From: Macrostomum lignano
Lineage: Eukaryota
Length of the DNA: 64,000 bases
Reading direction: 5' to 3'
Assembly (NCBI GenBank): GCA_002269645.1
Contig: NIVC01000781.1
Span: 62,001 to 126,000 of the forward strand
Position 1 is the stretch's first letter. Every line of letters begins with the position of its first letter. Made by a program: the position numbers and the translations under genes. Under the pieces are notes generated by a model. That model saw nothing but the letters and a program-made list of their open reading frames with translations, ran no database searches and had not been told where the DNA came from. This document shows positions 14,359 through 31,565 of this stretch, piece after piece.

Positions 14359-14670
14359 GGGATTTATGTACTGTACAAAAGCTACTAAAGAAATCTGCAA
14401 TACTCGAATTCAAACTCATGGACAGACTCAGAGAATTCAAAGGTACAAAATACAAACAACGGACAAAAGAAAGGTCAAAAGAGCGTCAGGACAGAGGACA
14501 GAGAAAAAAATTTAACAGCAAAACAGGATAAGAATGCAGATAACTGTTAACTGTAAATATGGGACAAATAGGCATGACGTACCCCACACTAACAACAACA
14601 AAAGCTGTTTGTGTAGCAATGGACAGCTGGATTCTTGAAGGTGGAAACTGTCCATGGCTTTTGGTGCAGC

Positions 14671-15146
14671 TCATAGCGCTCCGCCGCTATGATACTTGTA
14701 ATAGTACTGATGCTGGGCAGCTTCATCAGCCTTCAGCTGCCCGTAACCGGCTGCGGCGTAGCCAGCGGCGCTCATGTCGTTATAGTACTTCAGCTCGCCC
14801 GCATGCATCAGCGAGCTGATGGAGAACGGGTGCGAGTGATGCTGGTGATGGTGAAAATTGCCTACCAGAGTCGGGTCCATGTGAGGCATCATTTCAGGAG
14901 ACAGGAAGTAGCCGGACATTGACAGCGGGTCCTGCTGCTGCTGCTGCTGCTGCTGATACTGCTGAGAGTACTGCATCTGCTGCTGCTGCTGATGCTGCTG
15001 AAGATCCATACCATCCATTGGATGGCTTTGCTGCTGCTGAAGGTAGTGATGCAGCTCAGTTCCGCCTTGGTGCATCGCCAGCGGCTGCTGAGACTGCTGA
15101 GGCTGCAGTGGCTGCTGCATTTGCATTTGCATGTGCTGTTGGAGCA

Positions 15147-15180
<34 letters not shown>

Positions 15181-16318
15181 AAGGCTGAGACTTGAAGAGG
15201 CTCGACTGCTGCACCGCTCGGAGATTCCAGCATCCGGTTCCTCCTTCATCTTGCTGCTGTCGGCCTCGCCGTCCTCGTCGTCGTCACCGCCAGTCGCAGC
15301 CCGGTTGGCCTGCCTGGTGGCCTCCCGCTGGGGATCCTTGAAGCGCTTCTGCCTGCGCAGGTAGCAGCCGTTCTCGAACATGTTGCCGCTGTCCGGGTGC
15401 AGCGTCCAGTAGGAGCCTTTGCCCGGCTTGTCCGGGCTGCGCGGCACCTTCAGAAAGCAGTCGTTGAATGACAGCGAGTGCCTGATGGAGTTCTGCCAGC
15501 GCTGCTGGTTCTGCCTGTAGTAAGGGAACAAATCCATGATGAACTGGTAGATCTCCGCCAGGGTGCACATCTTCTGGGGCGACTGTTGAATAGCCATGGT
15601 GATGAGGCTGATGTAGCTGTAAGGCGGTTTAGCGTGAGTGTAGCTTCGTCTGTAGGCCGCCGCTGCTGCCGCTGCGGCCGCTGCTTTGCCGCCGTCCAGA
15701 CAGCCGCTCATGACTGCCGCAGCCGCTGCAGCCGCTCCCGGGTGTTGCTGCTGAATCTGCTGCAGATGATGATGCTGCTGCTGCTGCGATGGATGCTGGG
15801 AATGATGCAGCTGTTGATGCTGCTGTTGTTGCTGTTGAAGATGGTGCAGATGGTGCTGCGGCGGCTGCTGCTGCTGCTGATGCAGATGATGCGGATGCTG
15901 GACGGCCTGATGATGCTGCAGAGCGCCGCCTCCGCCAGCTGTTGAGTCGCTCGAATAAGCGGCAGCAGCGGCAGCAGCGGCGGCAGCGCTGGCCCGGTCG
16001 GGTAGCAGGAGACTGCAGCAGCGGCCGCGGCAGCAGCGGCAGCAGCAGCGGCAGCCGCAGCAGCCGCCGCAGAGCCCGGAGCGTTGGACATCGTTGAGGA
16101 AGTGACCCGGCCAGCGGGTCGCTGTACAGGGCGGCAGAAGCCGACTCCGACGGCGCGGACGAAGTCGAAGCCGCTGTCGGCAGGTCGATGTCGGTACCGC
16201 TATCGGCGTGAAGGTCGCCGCCGCCGCCGCCGCAGCCGCCGTTACTGCTGCCGTTGACGCCTGCGCCGTCATTAGACAACGACGAGGCGACGCCGGCGCC
16301 GCCACCGGCGCTGAGCAT
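14671..16318 (-). CDS. FoxA: Forkhead box A transcription factor (single exon; two apparent 1-bp deletions in the 5' part)
   Basis: The forkhead domain [22 protein letters not shown]...[15 protein letters not shown]...[16 protein letters not shown] is FoxA-type, and the C-terminal eh1-like motif HPFSISSLM is present. The ATG at 16318 (MLSAGG...) joins the FH frame only if one G is added at each of two GGG runs (16106-16108, 15993-15995). Confidence 0.95.
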
Positions 16319-17009
16319 TCCGCCTCGCGCGGCAGGGGGGGGGTCGGCAGTGGGCGAGAGGGAAGACTTCAAGGAATTAAGAAACGAGGATATCTGCAGT
16401 ATAATAGTTGAACAAAGTTTGTTTTCAGTGGATTATGGGAGGGAGGGGGCGGCAGGGCGCCTCCGTCAACCAAGTGCACAGGCGGCCCGGCGCAGTTTTT
16501 AGCAAACAAGAATTCGATCAATGACAAACTTCTAGGAGAACAGCGCGCGGATTACACAGTACACACAGACTATAGCCAGCGAAGACTTTGATTTCGAAGA
16601 AGAGGTTGAGGCTGAAGGAGCTCAGGATTTGTGTGCGCTCGCGTGTGTGTGCGCTGTGTGCCCTCTCCGGGGCGGCGGGGGAGGCGGTGGTTGCCGAGGG
16701 GTTGGCTATAGCTGGCTGGCGTTTATGCGCGAGATTCGCGATAGTGGAGGCGCGGAGTAAGGGGGTCGCTCGCAAGGTTTGGCCTGGGCAAATTTGCTAA
16801 CTCTGATTGCTCTGCTCTCGGGCAGCGCCGCGGCCTGTGGGGGAGCATAAATTCTCGAACCGGGCTGGGGAGGTGGCGGACCTTTGAGAAGAAAAGACGC
16901 GGAGCCTCGGAGCTCAGCTCAACGAAAGGCAAATGGAGGGAGAGTCCGGCTAGGGAGCTCCAAGCCAGAAGCGCTCTGCAGCCAGGATTCTTTGTGCCGG
17001 AGCTTCCTG

Positions 17010-17047
17010 ATTGGCTGCAGTTCGACCCCCAACTCATAGCCTATTGG
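17010..17047 (-). promoter_or_regulatory. Tandem CCAAT boxes upstream of FoxA
   Basis: ATTGG on + at 17010 and 17043 (minus strand CAGCCAATCAG and CAGCCAATAG), 33 bp apart, at the edge of the GC-rich 5' region ~700 bp upstream of the ATG. Confidence 0.5.
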
Positions 17048-17159
17048 CTGCGACACACAACTGTGCCGCTCTGAGTGTTCTCAAACTCCAGTCATGATGA
17101 TGGACTATACTCAGTTTTAAAACGGCCGTCAGTAGCTGTTGGCTACCGACAGCTGACTG

Positions 17160-17532
17160 CAATGCACCATCCAATTTGGCGCCCTCCCATTGTGAATAGC
17201 TGAAAATGCGCCATCCAATTTGGCGCCCCTCCCATTGTGAATAACTGACAATGCGCCACCCCATTCGGCGCCCCTCCCATTGTGAATAGCTGACAATGCG
17301 CCACCCCATTTGGCGCCCCTCCCATTGTGTAAATAGCTGACAATGCGCCACCCCATTTGGCGCCCCTCCCATTGTGTAAATAGCTGACAATGCGCCACCC
17401 CATTTGGCGCCCTCCCATTGTGAATAACTGACAATGCGCCACCCCATTTGGCGCCCCTCCCATTGTGTAAATAGCTGACAATGCGCCACCCCATTTGGCG
17501 CCCTCCCATTGTGAATAGCTGACAATGCGCCA
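17160..17532. repeat. 45/47-bp minisatellite (~8 units) upstream of FoxA
   Basis: Unit TGTGAATAGCTGACAATGCGCCACCCCATTTGGCGCCCCTCCCAT, with a TGTGTAAATAGC variant. Confidence 0.95.
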
Positions 17533-18671
17533 TTTAATTCGTCGCCCCATGTCGACAAAACAACGTCATGAACGTTCCTAAATAACAGAATCCAGAAACA
17601 CAAAAAACATTTTTATTTAGACAATTAAAAGCGTGCCAGATGGGTGATTTATTAATTTATTAGCCTCAGTAGAATTGTATATAGATTAAATTAAATTAAA
17701 ATATTATATTGCACTTTCCATTGCAAATTTATCAAATAAAACGCTTGTGTGTGTACTTACTCCAGAGTGCTGGACAGATGCCAGACTGGATGTCGGAGGC
17801 ATCAGTTTTAGCTCAAAAAAACCAGGGCTCAGTAAATCTTCTGCGTTCAAATATTATTATTGAAAACAAGTATTGCACGAACAGTAGGATAGTACTTATA
17901 TAGCTAGCAGTAGTAGTATAGATAGAGTGCAGTAAGAAAAAAGCAAAGAATTAATCGCAAAAATTGATAACTTTATTAAGTAAAGTAAATAAATATGATT
18001 TAAGCGAAAGAAGGAAATTCGCCAATTTGAAGAAAACAGACAATACTTTGCGGACACACAGAATACCATGTCTGATTCACCTATAATAAACAACTATTAA
18101 GTATTAATTAATTAATTATTATTAAATTAAACTAGTAAAACAACAGACACTGCTGTTACTATACGGTTTATCTATTTATAAATTAATATAGTTGCGTATA
18201 ACAAAAACTGCGAGGAATGCGACCAATTATAAAATTGAATAGAAATAATTAAGTATTTAAGCTACGCAAAATTAGTAAAGCAAAACGCTAACAATGCAAA
18301 GGAACCCAAGTAGTAAATAGAAAAATTAAAAAATAAAAACTTATTGCACCCAAACTTTCTAGAATAGATACGCCAATGTCGCTACTGACTTGAATACTAC
18401 ACTAGTAGTAGTTGTTGCAATTTAAAAATATGACTGCAGAGAGGAAAATTGTAAGATTTAAGTTGACAATATTAATAGTAACCATATTTATTAAATATTG
18501 TAGTAAAGTCTTTGTACGGGGACACAGCGACAGAAGTATATTTTGCGACAAAGACACAAAATCTCTTTTAATTAAAGTCCAACAATAGAGTCCAATATTA
18601 TTGTTAATAATAAACAATTTTATAAGTCTTGGCTTTGCCCGATTTGTTTCAGCTCGACAGATCCAAACTTC

Positions 18672-24428
<5,757 letters not shown>

Positions 24429-25990
24429 TTTGAATGTAGCCTTTGTAGGTTTAGTTAGTGAATTAGAGACGCTGAAATATAGGAACCTGGTGCTTTAAAA
24501 GGTAAGGTAATCTACAGATAGCCGAGGTAAAGAACGTTGATGTAGGTCTTGAGGGAGGAGTAGATTTTATGTGTAGTGTATAGTATATGAAATATTTAAA
24601 AAGCTGCAATAACTGACTCGGATATTTATAAAGTTTTTAATTTCGTGAAATATTTGTAAGTAGGCACTAATAAATGTTTTTTAATTACAAATTCGGGAAT
24701 AAAAACTAAGAAAAAAGTCGCAGTTGATTAATATTATCTGAATATCAACTGCTTTGCGTTCAAATTTTGTATTTTGTTTAAATATGTAAACACGACTAAG
24801 CTTCTTCAAGATATACCACAATCCCATCTTTTTTGCAGTCAGTTTAAAGCAGTTAACATAATTCAGAGTGCCACATCACTACACACAAGACAAATTTTGC
24901 CCCCTTAATCTGACTGGTGAACAAAGAATTCAAATTATTGTTCCTTTCCTCTATGTTCCATCGTATTACAGAACTCGTGTAGTTTGCAGTATTACATGTA
25001 GTTTCACTGTATTGATTTACGATTAATAACAATTAAATCAAGAATCAAGAAAAGGAGGAAATGGACTTACTTAAATGTTCCAAAGATTCAGCAGTCTTTG
25101 CTCTTTAGTCACACTTTTGGACCATAGCCATGCAGGGGCAAAGCAGCTATCCTGGTTATAGTTGCAGGTCTTGAGTACTGCATATGTATACGTGTACATG
25201 TAAGCGCTCTGCCACTCTGGATAAGTTAACTACTCCTAAACTCAAACTGACTGCAAAAGGCTATATCATATACGAGTTGTGCATCATTTGGTAGCAATTT
25301 TGGTCTAAAACAAAACGGTCTCTACTATACATATATATCCTACTATACATGCGCATATACAGCAGTGTAGGTACACTGGATTACTTCCAGCAGTACAAGC
25401 ATCATATATAGTACGCTGTATACTACATGTATAGTGCAGACCGGACGGGTTGCTACCAAGTTTCAAGTCTAGTACAGAGTCTACATGGTACATGTAGTGT
25501 CTAACTTATTAGGTCCAACAAGCGGTTTGAGAAAGGTCAGCATAATCAATACTAAATAAGTGTCAGTAAAGGGCAGTACGATCTTAACCATCACTGATCA
25601 TGAGGCTTCAGCCAGGACTTACATGTAGAACTGCATGCCTTTCGGTATACCCTGACAAAAATAGTGCATATGAAACTACGAGTATATAGTAGGAAAAGTA
25701 CTTATACATGCATGAAATTGCACCCGAAGCTCAGTTAAATTAAATAACAATCGATCATAAACCGAGCTTTTTCAGACAGGCAAGTAATTAATAATGATTT
25801 CGCTGCCCCTGATTTGGCTTAGGCATCAAAACAATGTGTCCAAATTGCTTACATTCATAACCGTAAGACACGATTTATAATTGACCTCCAGTCAGTACAG
25901 ATACATTGTACATGTACGCCATGCATAATAGTATCAGAAGTTGACTTAAGCATACATTAACATTGCAATCATGTAACTATAATCCTATCT

Positions 25991-28900
25991 TCAAACCGTC
26001 TGCGGTATTGTCGGACGTTTCGCGGCGCGTCTCTGGCATGCAGCTCTCCAGCAGAAGTTGCCGCATGAGCGACGCTTGTGCCGTTCAGACCAGCGCAGTC
26101 GAAGCGTCACCGAGGCCGGCGGTCGCATTCGAGTGAACACAAAATCGTAGCGCCGATGCAGCAGCCACAGCTCGTACAGGACAAACACGACAGCCAGCAG
26201 AGTGCCCGAGCCCAGCAGTATGGCGTTGACAATGTTGATCCGACCGCCGGCTGGGTGCAGCATCGACCACAAGCCGAAGCCAATCAGCAGGCCGGACAGA
26301 ACCAGCGCCGCCGACAGGTGCCTGGCGAACGACAGCCGTGCCGAACTGTCGCAGGCTCGACGACCGCGCCGACGTGTTACAACGAAAGCGTCGCCGCAGA
26401 CGCTGCAGCGCAGGCTCAGCTGGCGACCGCCGCCGCCGCTCCTGGCGTTGCCGTAGCCGTAGGCGCAGCCGGCGTAGACGGCGTCGTCGAGAAACTTCGC
26501 CTCCAGGCAGGCCAAGTGAAGCCGGCGATCCTCGCACGAGCAGGGCAGGCGTTTCGTGGGCGGCGGCGTCTCGTCCAGCATCAGCTGCAACTGCTGCTGC
26601 TCCTCCGGCTGCTGCTGCTGCTGATGTCGGTGGGGGCACAGCTGGCAATTGATGTCGTCGCGCCAGATCGACTGCTGACTGGCTCTGCTTTGATAGCTGC
26701 CGCCACCGCTGCTGCTGCAGAAGCGGTTGTAGTTTAGAGAGGCCTACTGATTATAGGTTTAGTTTAGGGAGGGTAGATTAGGGAAGATTAGTAAGGGTAG
26801 TTCAGGGAAGAATACTAAGGCCAAGGGTAGTTCAGGGAAGAATACTAAGGCCAAGGGTAGATCAGGGAAGAATACTAAGGCCAAGGGTAGTTCAGGGAAG
26901 AATACTAAGGCCAAGGGTAGTTCAGGGAAGAATACTAAGGCCAAGGGTAGTTCAGGGAAGAATACTAAGGCCAAGGGTAGTTCAGGGAAGAATACTAAGG
27001 GTAGATCAGGGAAGAATACTAAGGGTAGATCAGGGAAGATTACAAGGGTAGTTCAGGGAAGAATACTAAGGCCAAGGGTAGTTCAGGGAAGAATACTAAG
27101 GCCAAGGGTAGTTCAGGGAAGAATACTAAGGGTAGTTCAGGGAAGAATACCAAGGGTAGTTCAGGGAAGAATACTAAGGGTAGTTCAGGGAAGAATACTA
27201 AGGGTAGTTCAGGGAAGAATACTAAGGGTAGTTCAGGGAAGAATACTAAGGGTAGTTCAGGGAAGAATACTAAGGGTAGTTCAGGGAAGAATACTAAGGG
27301 TAGTTCAGGGAAGATTACTAAGGGTAGTTCAGGGAAGAATACTAAGGGTAGTTCAGGGAAGAATACTAAGGGAAGTTCAGGGAAGAATACTAAGGGTAGT
27401 TCAGGGAAGAATACTAAGGGTAGTTCAGGGAAGAATATCAAGGGTAGTTCAGGGAAGAATACTAAGGGTAGATCAGGGAAGATTACTAAGGGTAGATCAG
27501 GGAAGATTACTAAGGGTAGATCAGGGAAGAATACCAAGGGTAGTTCAGGGCAGATTACTAAGGGTAGTTCAGGGAAGATTACTAAGGGTAGATCAGGGAA
27601 GATTACTAAGGGTAGTTCAGGGAAGATTACTAAGGGTAGTTCAGGGAAGATTACTAAGGGTAGTTCAGGGAAGATTACTAAGGGTAGTTCAGGGAAGATT
27701 ACTAAGGGTAGTTCAGGGAAGATTACTAAGGGTAGTTCAGGGAAGAATACCAAGGGTAGTTCAGGGAAAATTACTAAGGGTAGTTCAGGGAAGAATACTA
27801 AGGGTAGTTCAGGGAAGAATACTAAGGGTAGTTCAGGGAAGAATACTAAGGGTAGTTCAGGGAAGAATACTAAGGGTAGTTCAGGGAAGAATACTAAGGG
27901 TAGTTCAGGGAAGATTACTAAGGGTAGTTCAGGGAAGAATACTAAGGGTAGTTCAGGGAAGAATACTAAGGGTAGTTCAGGGAAGAATACTAAGGGTAGT
28001 TCAGGGAAGAATACTAAGGGTAGTTCAGGGAAGAATATCAAGGGTAGTTCAGGGAAGAATACTAAGGGTAGATCAGGGAAGATTACTAAGGGTAGATCAG
28101 GGAAGATTACTAAGGGTAGATCAGGGAAGAATACCAAGGGTAGTTCAGGGCAGATTACTAAGGGTAGTTCAGGGAAGATTACTAAGGGTAGATCAGGGAA
28201 GATTACTAAGGGTAGTTCAGGGAAGATTACTAAGGGTAGTTCAGGGAAGATTACTAAGGGTAGTTCAGGGAAGATTACTAAGGGTAGTTCAGGGAAGATT
28301 ACTAAGGGTAGTTCAGGGAAGATTACTAAGGGTAGTTCAGGGAAGATTACTAAGGGTAGTTCAGGGAAGATTACTAAGGGTAGTTCAGGGAAGATTACTA
28401 AGGGTAGATCAGGGAAGATTACTAAGGTTAGTTCATGGAAGATTACTAAGGGTAGTTCAGGGAAGATTACTAAGGGTAGTTCAGGGAAGATTACTAAGGG
28501 TAGATCAGGGAAGATTACTAAGGTTAGTTCATGGAAGATTACTACCACGTGTAGTTTTGGACCGATTACATTGACAGGATTGCTTTCGTACTCAACACTT
28601 AGACACCTTAGAGCACTAATCCTAGCCCTTAAACAAAATCTCTTTTACTCACCTCAAAGCTGGTGACTCCAGTTGCAAACGATGAGGCACTTGTAAATTC
28701 TGCCGCCGCATCAAGTGCAGCTGGCTGTCAGACCAGTGATTTGGCGGTCGCCTCATCCCAAAACCGGCAGTATTTGTACTTTTATTATTAATATTATTAT
28801 CAATTGCGGAGCCGTCGTTACAATCGGAATCGGGTACAGAAAAAATGGCGGGCTCCTCCCTGTCCAAGTTGAACCGGGTCACTCTGCTCCGATCTTCGTT

Positions 28901-29041
28901 GACTTTGATGACTGGCAGCAAGCCGGTTGCTGAGTAAGCTGACGGAGATGGTACCAGCGTCTGCTCTTCATCATGTTGCCGCTTTTCAAGCAGCTCCACT
29001 GTCTCTGAATCGGTTTTATCCTCATCTGCAGCTGCTTGCAT
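25991..29041 (-). CDS. RING-CH (MARCH-family) membrane E3 ubiquitin ligase, ~370 aa. Exons 28653-29041 and 25991-26714
   Basis: C4HC3 pattern CQLC...PCSC...HLAC...CSVC followed by two hydrophobic TM segments. The ATG at 29041 has an upstream in-frame stop. The phase-2 donor AG|GTGAGT joins TTCTGCAG|C in frame. Probable 5'UTR exons lie near 29390-29425 and above 29718. Confidence 0.8.
26765..28547. repeat. 24-bp minisatellite (AAGGGTAGTTCAGGGAAGA[A/T]TACT) filling the RING-CH intron, with a 600-bp internal duplication
   Basis: Directly visible. The variant pattern at 27301-27600 recurs at 27901-28200. Confidence 0.97.
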
Positions 29042-29124
29042 TGTTCCTCCGCTCGGTTGCAGTCTGAAGAATTATTTCTGGGATTTGCTAACGATCTGAA
29101 AGACATGATTATCTTAGCTTCCCA

Positions 29125-29278
29125 CATGATTATCCTGCATCTCCCCCCACATGATTATCCTGCATCTCCCCCCCCCCACATGCTTATCCTGCATCTCCCC
29201 CCACATGCTTATCCTACATCTCCCCCCACATGATTATCCTGCATCTCCCCCCCCCCACATGCTTATCCTGCATATCCC
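29125..29278. repeat. Short ~25-28-bp repeat (CATGATTATCCTGCATCTCCCCCC) in the RING-CH 5'UTR intron
   Basis: About 5-6 copies visible. Confidence 0.85.
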
Positions 29279-29939
29279 CAAAAATTTTTTCAACCCAATC
29301 CACTCTGCGGTGAATTAATAAAGAATATCATTATTAACAATGAATGTAAATTCAGTAAAATAGAATTCAAGTTTCTTACCTGTTAAACTTGCTTGCCCGG
29401 ACAGCAAAAGCAGTCCTGTTTTAACTGTTTAATTGTTAGCACTCGATGATATACTAGAAGAAAGTCACTGGCCTCAACAGATGAGAAGCAAACCATTTAT
29501 ATTTGCGTTTAAAAAATCCAAAGAGCGATAAAATTGTAAAGAGAAAGGCCTGAGTTTGGCTTCAAGCTTGTAAGCTGGTTGAGGCCAGCATATAACAGTA
29601 CAATATAATAGCAGAGTGCTGGGCACAGGCACACAGGGGTCAGAGTGGGGTGGCATTACTGCCAACATTCAATGAGCACAATGACAATGCCTAGATGCCT
29701 TCTCCATTTTCATTTACCTGGCTTGGCTTGTTTAATTGGACAAACGAGCATAACAATGTACAGTAGCAACGAGTAGCGAGTGCACAGTGCCCGCATGCGC
29801 TGTACGCATGATGCGTAATACGATTACAGGCAGAATGACAGCTGACTAATAAATGTCACCCTATAGCCTAGGCACAGGTGTATGATGTTATAGGGGCAGA
29901 TTCGAAGGTATTACATTTTTAGACGTGAACGTTTGCGTA

Positions 29940-30490
29940 AGGAAGGGAGGAACAGAGAGGAAAAGGGGAGAGGGGAAGAAGGGGAGACAGGAAGAAGGGG
30001 AGAGGGGAGGAAGGAGGGGTGAAGACTGTAGGAAGAAGGGGGGAAGAGGGGAGGAAAGAGGGGGAAGAGGGGAGGAAGGAGGGGTGAAGACGGTAGGAAG
30101 AAGGGGGAAGAGGGGAGGAAGAAGGGGGGAAGAGGGGAGGAAGAAGGGGGGAAGAGGGGAGGAAAGAGGGGGAAGAGGGGAGGAAGGAGGGGTGAAGACG
30201 GTAGGAAGAAGGAGGGAAGAGGGTAGGAAGAAGGAGGGAAGAGGGTAGGAAGAAGGGGTGAAGACGGTAGGAAGAAGGGGGAAGAGGGGAGGAAAGAGGG
30301 GGAAGAGGGGAGGAAGGAGGGGGAAGAGGGGAGGAAGGAGGGGGAAGAAGGGAGGAAGGAGGGGGAAGAGGGAGGAAGGAGGGGGAAGAGGGGAGGAAGG
30401 AGGGGAAGAGGGGAGGAAGGAGGGGGAAGAGGGGAGGAAGGAGGGGGGAGAGGGGAGGAAGGAGGGGGAAGAGGGGAGGAAGGAGAAAGG
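29940..30490. repeat. Polypurine (G/A-only) low-complexity tract
   Basis: GGAAGAGGGG-type repeats, almost free of pyrimidines on +. Confidence 0.95.
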
Positions 30491-31149
30491 CCAAAAGAAA
30501 TGAAACAAATAATTCCTTAAAATTTGTCAGTTCAGCTGAACCCGACCATTTTGATAATTATTATGAATACGCAAGTTATTATTAAGCAAGAGCAGAGATT
30601 AAGTAGCAATAATAATGTTAAATGGATAAAAATTGAAGCACAAAAAGAAGAGCATAGAGCAGAGATAGCTCGTATTACGGAGAGAACACTAATTACTACA
30701 CACATAAGAGAAAACAGAGCTGCCAAAAACATTAATTAAACAATGCACTTCGTATACTACTGATATAGATATAGCAAGACTACTTATTAACTAGCAGGTA
30801 AGAGCGTCAATAACGTAGATAGGATTATAATTTAAAGCGCAACAAAAAAGAAATTAGATCAGACGGTACAGGTTGAAAACGATGACGGAACAAAAAAGGT
30901 CATTTTTAGATTTTTTGTACAAAAAATATTTATTAAGTACAAACTTCAGACTGAAGTGCAAATAGCGACATAATAATTGTTTAAGAAGCCGGTTAACAAA
31001 ACTTTAACTTAGCCATAAGTATTATAATGTCAGGATAGTATACACTGCACATGATTACAGAATCGGTGAACATGTACAGAGCAGATGAAGTGATTTCCAC
31101 TTATTTAGTGCTTTACAAATATTAGCTTCAATTCCGGATTTAGGACATC

Positions 31150-31465
31150 AAGGGCGATTCTAAGGACACATTTAGGGCGATTCTAAGGACACATTTAGGG
31201 CGATTCTAAGGACACATTTAGGGCGATTCTAAGGACACATTTAAGGAGACTTAAAGGGCACATTTTGGGCGATTCTAAGGACACATTCAGGGCGATTCTA
31301 AGGACACATTCAGGGCGATTCTAAGGACACATTCAGGGCGATTCTAAGGACACATTTTGGGCGATTCTAAGGACATATTTAGGGCAATTTTAAGGACACA
31401 TTGAGGGCAATTTTAAGAAAACATTGGGGGCGATTCTAAGGACACATTCAGATCGATTCTAAGAA
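31150..31465. repeat. 23-bp minisatellite (GGGCGATTCTAAGGACACATTTA) 3' of the RB-like stop
   Basis: Directly visible. Confidence 0.95.
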
Positions 31466-31565
31466 CCCCTTCAGGATGAATACCAAGCGACAGATTAAGG
31501 ACTAATGATTAAAAAATTCGGCATGAGCATTAAGAATGTCAAAGTCCCCAGATAGCTAATCAAGC

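Noticed and set aside
14671-16305. 544-aa FoxA ORF exactly as given in the track
   Set aside because: Its N-terminal ~100 aa are out-of-frame readings (runs of R and C). The coherent protein starts at 16318 and needs two +1 corrections.
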